In this document: piece by piece, positions 8,165-17,707 of the stretch
How the letters are laid out: the number at the start of each line of letters is the position of its first letter
Numbering within the stretch: position 1 is the stretch's first letter
NCBI GenBank assembly: GCA_018238625.1
Contig: JABCSY010000079.1
Coordinates: forward strand, 1-18,730
Source of the DNA: Promethearchaeota archaeon
Lineage (GTDB): Archaea; Asgardarchaeota; Lokiarchaeia; Sigyniarchaeales; SOKP01
Direction: 5' to 3'
Length of the DNA stretch: 18,730 nucleotides
Program-made: the position numbers and the translations under genes
Notes under the pieces: generated by a model
Seen by the model: the letters and a program-made list of their open reading frames with translations, nothing else
Told to the model about the DNA's origin: nothing
Database searches by the model: none

Positions 8165-9427
8165 TTGTTGATAAAAATGATTGATAATAATTACATGTTT
8201 AAATTTATAGAAGATATTTGTAACGAAGTAGGACCCCGAGAATCAGGGACAGAACAAGAAATCTTAGCAGGTAATAGAGTAGAATCAGAATTGAAGAAGT
8301 TTTGCGACGAAACACATCAAGAAAAATATACTAGTAGCCCTCATGCTTTTCTTGGGGGCATTAAATACGGGGCAATACTAGTCTTTATTGCTGTAATTTT
8401 TTATTGGTTAACGTTGTTAATAGATATTAATGTAATTTCGTTAAATGCATCGATAAGTTTGATCTTCTTATTAATTGCAATAATTCTTATCGTTATAACG
8501 ATTAGTTATTTCATTTTAGAAGTGATGAAATACCACGAAATCTTTGACTTTCTCTTTCCAAAACGGGAATCACAAAATGTTATAGGGACAATCAATCCAA
8601 AAAACGAAGTGAAAAATACAATAATCTTTTCTGCGCATCACGATTCTGCTTTTGAGTTTAACACTTTCTACTATTTGAAGCGGTTTGGCCAAATTATAAT
8701 AAATATTGGATATTTAGCCGTTGGAATAGTGTTCATTGCGATAATTTTGAAACTAGTATTTTTCCTTTTCTCAATTGAGCAACCAATTCTCTTTTTAGTT
8801 TTTGGCATTATCTTTATATTTTTCGTTCCAATTATACTAGTCTACGTTTTTTTCCACAGCTCAAAGCCTGTCCTCGGTGCGTTCGATAATTTGTCCGGAG
8901 TTGCTATTGTGTTAGGGATTGGAAAATATTTATCTGAAAACAAGGATAACAGCGAGATATTCCCAAAGCATACAAGGGTTCAATTAATCTCGTTTGCTGG
9001 AGAAGAATCAGGCTTAAGAGGCGCAAAACGATATGTAAATAAGCATTATGACGAATTACTATCAAATGGAACGACTGTTGTGAACATGGATAGCATTGCT
9101 AAAAAAAATATCATCGTAATACATGATAGAGAACCCGGAATAGGCGCTAAACACAATCCCGATGTATTTGAACCTCTTTTAGAAATCGCCAAAAAGGTGA
9201 ATTCAAATGTAAAATTAATGCCATTGCCTTTTGGTGCAACTGACGCAGCAGTTTTTAGCAAGAAAAATATTCCCGCGACTACTATTGGGGGTTTAAATTT
9301 AAAAGATGAATTAGTGCCCTACTATCATACAAGAGAGGATACGCCAGCAGTAATAGAAAAAGAAGCTTTAGGACAAATTGTACGAATCTGCCTTGATTAC
9401 TTAAAACTTATAGATAATCGAAGATAA
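8165..9427 (+). CDS. M28-family metallopeptidase with four inserted TM helices (start may be ATG 8177)
   Basis: GPRESGT, SQNVIG, SAHHDS, GAFDNLSG, AGEESGLRG, NMD, GATDA, YYHT; two pairs of hydrophobic helices. Confidence 0.92.
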   Translation: MLIKMIDNNYMFKFIEDICNEVGPRESGTEQEILAGNRVESELKKFCDETHQEKYTSSPHAFLGGIKYGAILVFIAVIFYWLTLLIDINVISLNASISLIFLLIAIILIVITISYFILEVMKYHEIFDFLFPKRESQNVIGTINPKNEVKNTIIFSAHHDSAFEFNTFYYLKRFGQIIINIGYLAVGIVFIAIILKLVFFLFSIEQPILFLVFGIIFIFFVPIILVYVFFHSSKPVLGAFDNLSGVAIVLGIGKYLSENKDNSEIFPKHTRVQLISFAGEESGLRGAKRYVNKHYDELLSNGTTVVNMDSIAKKNIIVIHDREPGIGAKHNPDVFEPLLEIAKKVNSNVKLMPLPFGATDAAVFSKKNIPATTIGGLNLKDELVPYYHTREDTPAVIEKEALGQIVRICLDYLKLIDNRR

Positions 9428-9434
9428 AAGTTAA

Positions 9435-9484
9435 TCTCTATTAAAAATTTTCAAATTTTTATTTATAATAGAGAATTTTTTTTT
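9435..9484 (+). terminator. Putative terminator: long AT-rich hairpin + T9
   Basis: TCTCTATTA (9435-9443)/TAATAGAGA (9466-9474) with inner AAAATTT/AAATTTT stem, then T run 9476-9484, just after stop 9427. Confidence 0.55.
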
Positions 9485-9666
9485 CATCTTACTTACTAAC
9501 CAACTCCTTGGGTTTTTTAGCATTTTGAACATATACCAACCATCAAAGTCAAAAATAGTATGATATTAAATTAATCTTGACATTTGTCTTTAGCAAATAA
9601 AATATAACCTTTCTTTATATTTTGATCGATCCAAAAAGCTCATTTTTATTTATCGCTTTTCCATTT

Positions 9667-10053
9667 TTAATAGAGAAAAATTATTTTCCGAATATACACT
9701 TCTATTTTTTCTAATATTATGCTAAAATTGGATTCGTAATCAATATCGAAAACTATAAACGTTTTCTCGTCGCATTCAATAATAACAAGTGTCTGTCCTT
9801 CTAACTCCGCAATAATTTTGTTTACTTTTCTATCTCCCATTGTACGACCAAGATCTGTAGCACTTTCTAAGACCGAAGCGCACATCGAAGTAAACTTATT
9901 AAAATCTAAAGGTTCTTTAAAATCTTTAGCGATAAGTCCACCGTTGCGATATGCGAATAATACACCTAATAACCTGCCCTTATTCTTTAATTCACCCAAG
10001 ATCTGGTTTAATTTTTCAATCTTTTGAGGTTTTGGAAGTTCTATCTCATTCAT
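9667..10053 (-). CDS. Roadblock/LC7 (MglB-like) domain protein
   Basis: 128 aa; LNQILGEL....LLGVLFAYRNGGLIA......FTSMCASVLESATDLG..MG.....KIIAELEG..LVIIE matches the Roadblock topology. Confidence 0.88.
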   Translation of the reverse strand: MNEIELPKPQKIEKLNQILGELKNKGRLLGVLFAYRNGGLIAKDFKEPLDFNKFTSMCASVLESATDLGRTMGDRKVNKIIAELEGQTLVIIECDEKTFIVFDIDYESNFSIILEKIEVYIRKIIFLY

Positions 10054-10094
10054 CGTTATAATAATACTTAACTTTCAATAAATAATTTAAATTA

Positions 10095-11525
10095 ATGAGA
10101 CTTAAAATTTTAATATATATGAATAATCAAAGCTCTAAAATAGAGGAAATAATCCGTAATGCTAACAAAAAGTTTATTGAAGAAGATTTAACGAATTTTC
10201 TAAAAATTTCGAGTTTTACTTTAAATAAAGAAGCAATAATAGAAGCTAAAGATTTTATTATTTCATATATTTCTGATTTTTGCGAAGATATTAAAGAGAT
10301 CGAAGGGGAAATAAATCCTTTAGTGTTAGCTAAGGTCAAAGGAAAGATCAAGGATTCTTTATTAATTTACATGATGTTCGATACGCAACCTGCAAACAAA
10401 GAAAATAAATGGATTAGTAATCCTTTTGGTGCTGAAGTAAAGCAATTACCCAAACCCTTGGATAAATTAGGAAATTGTTTAATTGCTAGAGGTGCTTATA
10501 ATTCAAAGGCTCCTTTGTTATGCTTCTTAAACGTAGTAAAAATATTGAAAGAAGAAAAAAAGCTTCCAATTTCTCTACTATTACTATTCGATGGGGAAGA
10601 AGAATTAGGCTCGCCTACTTTGTTAAAATTACTTGAAAACAGAAAGCATTTATTTAACTCTTGTTTAGGTGCGTACTATCCTTCAATGAAGCAAGATTTA
10701 AGCGGTAATTCTGTTCTAAAGCTTGGTTACAAAGGTATTTTATCGCTAACCGTAAAAGTCACATCTACAAATGAGGAAACCCATTCTGCTTTTAGTTCGA
10801 TGGTACCTAATCCTGCGCTTGATTTGATTTCTTTACTTAGTACTATTTATTCAAAGGACAAATTTGAAATTAATTCTTTACGTAATCCCTACTATATGAC
10901 CTCTGAAGAGCAATCCATGATTAAAGATTTAATGAAAACAATTGATTTTGAGAATATTAAAAATAAAGCCGGAATTACGCAAGCATTAGAAGATGACACA
11001 CAAAAATCTTTTGTTAACTACTTATTCAATCCAACTTTTAATATCTCCACCCTAAAATCGGGTTACTTAGAAGATGGGGTAAAAAACATGGTAGCGAACA
11101 AAGCAGAATGCAACATCGATATAAGATTTGCCCACAACATTTCTATTAACGAAATATATAAAGAAATTAAAAAAAGTATAACTGATTTTGCAAAATATTC
11201 AAAATCCAAAATTGAATTAATTAAAAATATTGGTTACGAGCGCTCTAAAGTTAAACTCGATTCAATTTTAATTAAAAGCCTTATAAAAAGTTTTAATACT
11301 TTAGGTATACCAACCCAAATTTGGCCAATCAGTGCTGCTGCTGCTCCATTGAGCAAGATGCAGAAGGAATTAGCGATAGATTTTGTCGTTGGTGGTTTAG
11401 GAATTGGAGGTTTTGCTCACGCCCCAAACGAATTTATCCAAATAAACTCAATTGTTAATACAAAGCTTTCAAATTATTTATTTTTAAAAAATTATGCTAA
11501 GTTGTATAATAAAGAAAACAATTAA
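10095..11525 (+). CDS. M20 family metallohydrolase (ArgE/DapE/dipeptidase-like); start may be ATG 10119
   Basis: NPLVLA, FDTQP, W.SNPF, ARGA..SK, DGEEELGSP, LGYKG, THSA, PTFNI, DIRF, HAPNE. Confidence 0.9.
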   Translation: MRLKILIYMNNQSSKIEEIIRNANKKFIEEDLTNFLKISSFTLNKEAIIEAKDFIISYISDFCEDIKEIEGEINPLVLAKVKGKIKDSLLIYMMFDTQPANKENKWISNPFGAEVKQLPKPLDKLGNCLIARGAYNSKAPLLCFLNVVKILKEEKKLPISLLLLFDGEEELGSPTLLKLLENRKHLFNSCLGAYYPSMKQDLSGNSVLKLGYKGILSLTVKVTSTNEETHSAFSSMVPNPALDLISLLSTIYSKDKFEINSLRNPYYMTSEEQSMIKDLMKTIDFENIKNKAGITQALEDDTQKSFVNYLFNPTFNISTLKSGYLEDGVKNMVANKAECNIDIRFAHNISINEIYKEIKKSITDFAKYSKSKIELIKNIGYERSKVKLDSILIKSLIKSFNTLGIPTQIWPISAAAAPLSKMQKELAIDFVVGGLGIGGFAHAPNEFIQINSIVNTKLSNYLFLKNYAKLYNKENN

Positions 11526-12685
11526 TACGAATGAAATAGCCCACTAAATCCTCGAAGTTTAGTTATAATTGCTTGTTGAGGGCACATTTCCATACAACAA
11601 AGACATGATATACATGCTTTTCTCAAAAACTTGGGATACTCCCCACTTTTGAAATCTATAGCGTTTGCGGGGCACACTTCGAAACATTGACCACATTGTA
11701 TGCATTTTTTTTTCTTTAAAGTAGGAATTTTTTTAGTTACCTTGTATACTATGCTCCTGGTGATGAAACTTGCGAATCGCGTCATAGTTTTTCCAGGAAC
11801 TTTAAACTTTGGAACTAATTTTCTAGCTTCTTCTAATGATAATCCTACAATTTCAATTTTATCAAGATTTCCTTCACCTAACTTCCGTTCAAATGTATTT
11901 CTCAAATGAGGGACGTGTTTAAGACCCTTATATCTTCCTATTTCCAATGCAATAACATCTAACGCTAATTCATCAGTCCCAACTAAAATTAAATCCCATT
12001 TTTTCATAGGTCCTGACACAGGACCCATCGTCCCTTGCATAACACGAACGCAATCGTAAACTATCAAACGATTCTGTTTGTTTTTGACAACCCAAGAAAA
12101 ATTATCTGCTAAAGCTTCCCCAAATTGCTCTGGGTTTCTACCTAATAGATGATATTTTGCTTTTAACCCTCCTGGAATTATACCCCAATAATTTTTTATC
12201 GCTCCGGTTATGGTGGCTTCTCCGTGAGTTTTTAACTTAGGTAAATTTATTAATAAATCACATTCATTAACAGGATTTGATACGTAATAATCTTTTAATC
12301 TTAATGCTCCTTCGATAACATCGTGAACGGGGGTATCATGCTCAAAATTTATGAATTTTATGCTTGCTTCTTCACAAACTTCAAGTAAACCTATTTTTTT
12401 AGCAATTTTTTCGGCAGAAATTTTTATTTGTCCTGGAGAATCTCCTATACTAACGCTCTCCATTGGTACTCCAATTTCTTTCAGATATCTTATCACCCCC
12501 TCTACGAAAACAGGTTGAGTACAAGCATCTTTAGTCGCTCTCAATAAGTTAGGTTTTAATAGAATGTTCTTGCAATTAAGAATGTCGAAAAGAAAATCTT
12601 TTTCAATCATCTTTATAGCTGCTACAATAGCATCTGGGATGCTTTCGTAATCATTTACATTTACTATGCTTATTTTCGTTGACAT
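11522..12685 (-). CDS. DUF362 protein with C-terminal 2x[4Fe-4S] ferredoxin domain
   Basis: ILLKPNL, GDSPG, INLPKLKTH, TGAIKN, ALD; CIQCGQCFEVCP and CISCLCCMEMCP; stop overlaps the convergent M20 stop (TTAA). Confidence 0.93.
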   Translation of the reverse strand: MSTKISIVNVNDYESIPDAIVAAIKMIEKDFLFDILNCKNILLKPNLLRATKDACTQPVFVEGVIRYLKEIGVPMESVSIGDSPGQIKISAEKIAKKIGLLEVCEEASIKFINFEHDTPVHDVIEGALRLKDYYVSNPVNECDLLINLPKLKTHGEATITGAIKNYWGIIPGGLKAKYHLLGRNPEQFGEALADNFSWVVKNKQNRLIVYDCVRVMQGTMGPVSGPMKKWDLILVGTDELALDVIALEIGRYKGLKHVPHLRNTFERKLGEGNLDKIEIVGLSLEEARKLVPKFKVPGKTMTRFASFITRSIVYKVTKKIPTLKKKKCIQCGQCFEVCPANAIDFKSGEYPKFLRKACISCLCCMEMCPQQAIITKLRGFSGLFHSY

Positions 12686-12857
12686 TATATCCCCTATATT
12701 TAAAAATTAACTACAAAATTAAAATATAACTTTTAATTGAAATAAGATATCTTTACAGAAAATAGAAAACAAAAAACAATACATCTTTTTATTTTAGTAA
12801 TATAAGTATCGGAAACAAATCATTTTTAAAAAGAAAATTCATTATTATTATAATTTA

Positions 12858-12887
12858 AACTTTTAACTTTTAACTTTTAACTTTTAA
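12858..12887. repeat. Heptamer tandem repeat (AACTTTT)x4
   Basis: Four perfect copies at 12858-12885 plus AA, between the divergent DUF362 and GTPase genes. Confidence 0.85.
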
Positions 12888-12982
12888 AAAACGGTAAAAA
12901 TCAAATAGAATGGTAAATCTTGTTTATTTTTCCGTCAAATATGTATTTAAACGACTAGAATCAAGCGAGTGTTTGGAGAATA

Positions 12983-13525
12983 ATGGTTGAAAGCGATTTA
13001 ATGTTTAAAATCTGTCTTTTTGGAGATGGTGGAGTTGGAAAGACTACTTTAATAGGTAGATATCTTACCGGAGTCTTCAAATCCGCTCAGACGATAACTA
13101 TTGGAGTTGATTTTCATGTCAAAAAGCTAGAAGTAGATGGCAAGAAAGTTTCTCTTCAAATATGGGATTTTGCTGGCGAGACTCGCTTCAGATTTCTTTT
13201 GCCAAGTTATGTAGTTGGTGCTTCTGGTGGAATATTTATGTATGATATCACAAGATATAGCAGTTTGAAAAATTTTCCCGATTGGATCGAAATTTTTAAA
13301 AAAGGATTCATTGGTAAACAAGATCAACAGTTACCTGTAATTATGACGGGCAGTAAATTAGACTTAAACTATAAGCGAGCCGTTTCTAGCAAAGAAGCTT
13401 TTGATATGGCGAAAACGAATAATCTTTACGGTTACATTGAATGTTCTGCTAAGGATGGAAGAAATGTGGAAGATATTTTTCATGAAATTACTAAATTAAT
13501 GATGCACAGAGCGGGTATAAGCTAA
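12983..13525 (+). CDS. Rab-like small GTPase (Ras superfamily)
   Basis: G1 GDGGVGKT, G2/RabF1 TIGVDF, LQIW, G3 WDFAGE, YDIT, G4 GSKLD, G5 CSAK; no C-terminal Cys motif. Confidence 0.95.
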   Translation: MVESDLMFKICLFGDGGVGKTTLIGRYLTGVFKSAQTITIGVDFHVKKLEVDGKKVSLQIWDFAGETRFRFLLPSYVVGASGGIFMYDITRYSSLKNFPDWIEIFKKGFIGKQDQQLPVIMTGSKLDLNYKRAVSSKEAFDMAKTNNLYGYIECSAKDGRNVEDIFHEITKLMMHRAGIS

Positions 13526-13530
13526 TATCC

Positions 13531-14376
13531 TCATTCTTTAAAAATTGCTAAAAGGGATTTTATAACTAAATTGGGAATTAAATTCTTATCAATAACTTGA
13601 GAGCTAATCGCTTCTTCTTGAATGTTTTTAACCTCGAGCTCAGTCGTGACTCCTGTTAATACGAGTACAGTGTTAATTCCGGCTTGATTTCCCGCTAAAA
13701 TGTCTGTATTTAAACGGTCTCCGAATATCACTGATTTATCCGGTGATACATTCGAATGGTTTAATATCGTTTGAATCCCATAAGGATTGGGTTTACCAAA
13801 AATTTTTAGAGGTTTTTTGTTAGTACATGTTTCTACTGCGTTCACCATTACTCCTGCTCCAGGAAGCATCCCACTTGCAGCGGGTAACGTTGAATCGGAA
13901 TTAGTAGCGTAGAATTTAGCCTTACCTTGTAAAATACAATTCTGAGCGAAGGCTAGTTTTTTGTAGTTGAATTCTCTATCTAAACCCACGATGACAAAAT
14001 CAACGTTTTTATAGTTTGAAGAAGGGTTGACAATTGCATGACCTTTTGATTTTAATTCTTCCTTTAAGCCAATTTCACCGATTACAAAAATAGTCGCGTT
14101 TTGCTTTAGATTTGTAATTTCTTCCGATGTAATCGAAGCGCTGGTATAAAAATCAGAAACTTTGCTTTTAATATTGAAACCCTTTAACCGATCGACATAC
14201 ATCTGTCTTGTAACAGTAGAATTATTGGAATGATATACAACTTTAATTGAAATGTCTTTTAATCCTTGTATTACTTTATCGCTATTAGAAATTAATATAT
14301 CTCCTCGATAAATGACCCCGTCTAAATCAAAAATCGCTAGTTCGATATCTTTTAATTCGTTAACTAATTCTCGCAT
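13531..14376 (-). CDS. HAD-IIA phosphatase (NagD/PGP-like)
   Basis: FDLDGVIY, SNNS, ATNSD, LPGAG, GKP, GDRLNTDI, VLTGV. Confidence 0.93.
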   Translation of the reverse strand: MRELVNELKDIELAIFDLDGVIYRGDILISNSDKVIQGLKDISIKVVYHSNNSTVTRQMYVDRLKGFNIKSKVSDFYTSASITSEEITNLKQNATIFVIGEIGLKEELKSKGHAIVNPSSNYKNVDFVIVGLDREFNYKKLAFAQNCILQGKAKFYATNSDSTLPAASGMLPGAGVMVNAVETCTNKKPLKIFGKPNPYGIQTILNHSNVSPDKSVIFGDRLNTDILAGNQAGINTVLVLTGVTTELEVKNIQEEAISSQVIDKNLIPNLVIKSLLAIFKE

Positions 14377-14422
14377 GACTAAATTTAATAAGATTATTTT
14401 TTTAATATGTTTTATCTTTCAA

Positions 14423-15583
14423 TTACCAACCAACAGGTAATCCAAATAAGAATATCATAAGTTGAAGCCCAATTGGAATAAAAATGGGATTTAATATATT
14501 ATCTGCGGTAACTGACGGTAAGTAATCAATTAGAAAGAAAACGAGAGCTCCCATTATTGCATAAATTGGTCCTACAAATATAAAACCTATAATATATGCG
14601 ACAACTACGCCAGCAATAAACCCTTCAACAGATTTAACTTCTTTGTTCCTAAGCCTGACTTTATGTTTTCCAAACCTTCTTCCGATTAAAGCAGCGGATG
14701 CATCAGAAAGGCACGCGATAAGGATTCCAGCAAAGAAAACGAAGATATGAATGATGCCAGCCATGTATAACATATATGAAAAGATAAAACCCGTAATGAT
14801 GTAAATCTGTGGTCCCGATGCGTTTTTTTCTTTTTGTCTCAACATAGATTTAGTTAGGAAGTTGAAGAATGAATATTCAGGACCCCAAACAATTCGAATT
14901 ATATCAGATGCAATCATGAAAGCTAATGCCGCAATCAAAGCAAACATAGTAATCTCCCTAACAGCTAGAAAAGCCCCAAAACCATACGGAAAATCGGCTA
15001 AATCCCCCCACAATAAATTGTAAGACGGTTCAATTTGGTTAATGAATGTTATAACGCTATCATTTACCAGTAGAGTTATTGGAGGGATTGTCATAAAACC
15101 AAAAAAAGCTATAAATATTAAGAACCCCATTAAATGAAAACTTTTTCTGAATAATTCCATCTTAAATGGGATTTCTTCTCTATAAGGATTTTCTTTAGTC
15201 ATTCTTCTAATATATCTCCTTAAAATCGATTTTTCTTTAGTAATTCCTTCCTTATTAGGTTGATTTTTATCCTCTCTCTCCATTTTCTTTATATCCATTC
15301 TGATGATTGTTGTAAATAAGAGATTAACCAGTAGTATCATGCCAATCCACCACACCATAAACCCGTTGTAAGGGAATGATAAAAAACCGATAACGGAGTT
15401 ATAATATCCAAAAATTAAAAAACAAACCCCGCAAAGTATGGAGGATGTCCCCCCATACTTGTTTTTTGCCTTATATCCCTTGATCCCAATATAATACATC
15501 AAACTCATTAGAACGAAAAAAAACAGCGATAATGTGGTATTATAAAGACTAGCCACTAAAGCCCAATATTCCATAATTAGCAA
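14423..15583 (-). CDS. CTP-dependent membrane lipid kinase (Dgk1/phytol/dolichol kinase-like) with extra N-terminal 3-TM module; start may be ATG 15574
   Basis: ELFRKSFH, LRQKE, SDASAALIGRRFG, KSVEGFIAG, DNILNP; many TM helices. Confidence 0.85.
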   Translation of the reverse strand: MLIMEYWALVASLYNTTLSLFFFVLMSLMYYIGIKGYKAKNKYGGTSSILCGVCFLIFGYYNSVIGFLSFPYNGFMVWWIGMILLVNLLFTTIIRMDIKKMEREDKNQPNKEGITKEKSILRRYIRRMTKENPYREEIPFKMELFRKSFHLMGFLIFIAFFGFMTIPPITLLVNDSVITFINQIEPSYNLLWGDLADFPYGFGAFLAVREITMFALIAALAFMIASDIIRIVWGPEYSFFNFLTKSMLRQKEKNASGPQIYIITGFIFSYMLYMAGIIHIFVFFAGILIACLSDASAALIGRRFGKHKVRLRNKEVKSVEGFIAGVVVAYIIGFIFVGPIYAIMGALVFFLIDYLPSVTADNILNPIFIPIGLQLMIFLFGLPVGW

Positions 15584-15670
15584 TTCAATTAGTAAAGATA
15601 ATTATTCTTATAATTAACTATTAAATAATTATTCTTTGGTTTCTTTTATTATATTATTAACAAAAATTAT

Positions 15671-16243
15671 TTGTATATTTTGATGAATATGGATGATCTA
15701 CAAAAAGAAAAAATCGAAGGTATAAATTTTCAATATTTGGGGGATGTAATCGAGAAGAAAAAGGAACTTGGCAATAAATACATCACTCCCGGATTTGGAT
15801 TAGCGGGCCAATTATTTTCCACGGTGGCAAAACATATTATTAAGGAATTAGGTCCCGAAAAAGGCGAAGCTCTTCTTAAAGGCGCAATTGAAGAATTTGG
15901 ACTTGAAAGAGGTAAGCGAATAGCAGAAAAAGTAAAAGCTAATAATAAATCGTTGTCCTTAAAGAATTGGTTGATTTATTCGGATATTGACTCTATTGAA
16001 AACTTTCGTCCTATCAGTAGCACACCTAATGACGATTTCGTAGTGAAAATTAAACATTGCACGTTTATTAACGCTGCTAAAGAATGGGGTTTAAATGAAT
16101 ATGCTAAAATTTATTGCAAATATGTAGATTATAAAATTCTTGAAGGATATAATCCTGACGTGAAACTTATTCTCGAGTCTCGACACGATACTGGAGCTAA
16201 TCGTTGCGTGTTTCGCTATGTTATGAAGGAAGAAAATAAATAA
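15671..16243 (+). CDS. L-2-amino-thiazoline-4-carboxylate hydrolase-like (ATC_hydrolase) domain protein
   Basis: G.EKGEALLKGAIEEFGLERG, HCTF..AAKEWG....AKIYC.YVD..ILEGYNP, GANRC.FRY; true start probably one of the downstream ATGs. Confidence 0.8.
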   Translation: MYILMNMDDLQKEKIEGINFQYLGDVIEKKKELGNKYITPGFGLAGQLFSTVAKHIIKELGPEKGEALLKGAIEEFGLERGKRIAEKVKANNKSLSLKNWLIYSDIDSIENFRPISSTPNDDFVVKIKHCTFINAAKEWGLNEYAKIYCKYVDYKILEGYNPDVKLILESRHDTGANRCVFRYVMKEENK

Positions 16244-16316
16244 GCTTTTGATAATATAAATCAATAAGAATGATTTTTATGTTGTTTTATCAAAAGTACA
16301 ACTTATTATTTCTGTA

Positions 16317-17624
16317 TTATTCAAGCTCGATTTGTATGTATTTCTTTTGAAGTTTTAACATTGATTCTAAAATATTTTTTGCTTGCGATGTGCTATTTAT
16401 AACGGGATCGGCAAGAAGCGCTTGTAGAGCAACTTTCTTTGATTTGGTAAGAATTGCCTCGACAACAAGGTCTTGAACAGAAGCTTGAGTTCTTAATAAC
16501 GCAGCTAGACCTTTGGGATAGTCTCCAAGCGGTACTCCATTAAGGCCATCTTTATCGACGATTGCAGGGCATTCTACTACTAGATCTTGCGGAAGATTCG
16601 TAATAATACCATCATTAGGAATGTTTACCGAGGGTTCTTCGTGTTTGTCATCAGTTATTATGCCTTCAATAATAGGAATACCTCTTTCAGGATCAGCTTT
16701 CACGAGTTTAGCGCCTCTTCCGCGCTCTATAGTCCTTTTTATTCGATTAAAACTTTTAGCTAACTTAACTTCGTAGGATTCCCAGAATTCACGGCCATGC
16801 GGCAAGTCTGCAACTTCCCACGCCCATGACAAGTATTCCCCATAGTGGTTGTCCGTTGTGTATGCATAATAATCATATGTTTCTAAAATGAATTTAATTA
16901 GAGAAAGGTCTCCGTGTTCAGCCAATCTCCCTAAAACTGCAGGACCTTTCTGACGAATATCTGGATAAGCATCTTTACCCGTATCGCGATATTTTGCTTT
17001 TAAAACAACTCCAAAATGATTTAATCCTCCTGCTTTAATTTCAATATTTGACATCGGCGTATCAAGAATTTTTGGGAGGAATTGATTGGCATTATTTCCC
17101 AATTCGTGGCACAAGCCTACAAATTTTTGATTTGGAAATTTTCGTTTTATTGCCAGACAAACTCGACTCATGGGATTGGAGTAATTTATAAAAAACGCAT
17201 TGGGACAAATCTTTTGAATATCCTCACAAATGTCTAAAATGGGAGGTATCACTCTCAATGAATGGAATAATCCTCCAGGTCCACCATTCTCACCAGTAAT
17301 TTGCTTGCTACCCCACATCATTGGAAACTCAAAATCCCACCTCAAGAGTTTAAATCGTGGAGGTATTTCTATTGCGTTAATAACAAATGTTGCGTTTTTT
17401 AAGGCTTCTTTTCGATCTAAAGATAATTCAACTGTATAGTTTAATTTACCACTCTCAACAGCAGATTGACATGCTTGAGTTACTAAACCCAAATTTTCTT
17501 CGTTTATATCGTGAAGGCATATAGTAGAACCTTCTAAAATCTCACTATGTATTACACTGCCCACGGAACCTAAACCAAATTGAAGAGAACCGGCACCAAT
17601 CACTACTATTTTTTCTTTACTCAT
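16317..17624 (-). CDS. Glycoside hydrolase family 4 (NAD+/metal-dependent alpha-galactosidase/glucosidase, MelA-like)
   Basis: IGAGS, ALKNATFV, GENGGPGG, NYSNP, VGLCH, GLNHF, VNIPNDG.I.NLP...VVE.P, QALLADP. Confidence 0.94.
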   Translation of the reverse strand: MSKEKIVVIGAGSLQFGLGSVGSVIHSEILEGSTICLHDINEENLGLVTQACQSAVESGKLNYTVELSLDRKEALKNATFVINAIEIPPRFKLLRWDFEFPMMWGSKQITGENGGPGGLFHSLRVIPPILDICEDIQKICPNAFFINYSNPMSRVCLAIKRKFPNQKFVGLCHELGNNANQFLPKILDTPMSNIEIKAGGLNHFGVVLKAKYRDTGKDAYPDIRQKGPAVLGRLAEHGDLSLIKFILETYDYYAYTTDNHYGEYLSWAWEVADLPHGREFWESYEVKLAKSFNRIKRTIERGRGAKLVKADPERGIPIIEGIITDDKHEEPSVNIPNDGIITNLPQDLVVECPAIVDKDGLNGVPLGDYPKGLAALLRTQASVQDLVVEAILTKSKKVALQALLADPVINSTSQAKNILESMLKLQKKYIQIELE

Positions 17625-17707
17625 TATTAATCACTTATTTCTAAGATAAAAAACCAATTTATATAATATTTTTACTTTAATATTTTCTATCATTTAGTAA
17701 AATAAAA

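Noticed and set aside
9485-9666. Possible degraded ORF downstream of the Roadblock gene
   Set aside because: The minus-strand frames are interrupted by stops and show no recognisable homology
2499-17439. Other short track ORFs nested in long genes (2499, 3026, 3084, 6109, 6430, 7470, 9046, 9818, 10127, 11700, 13127, 17230)
   Set aside because: Opposite-strand shadows of well-supported CDSs
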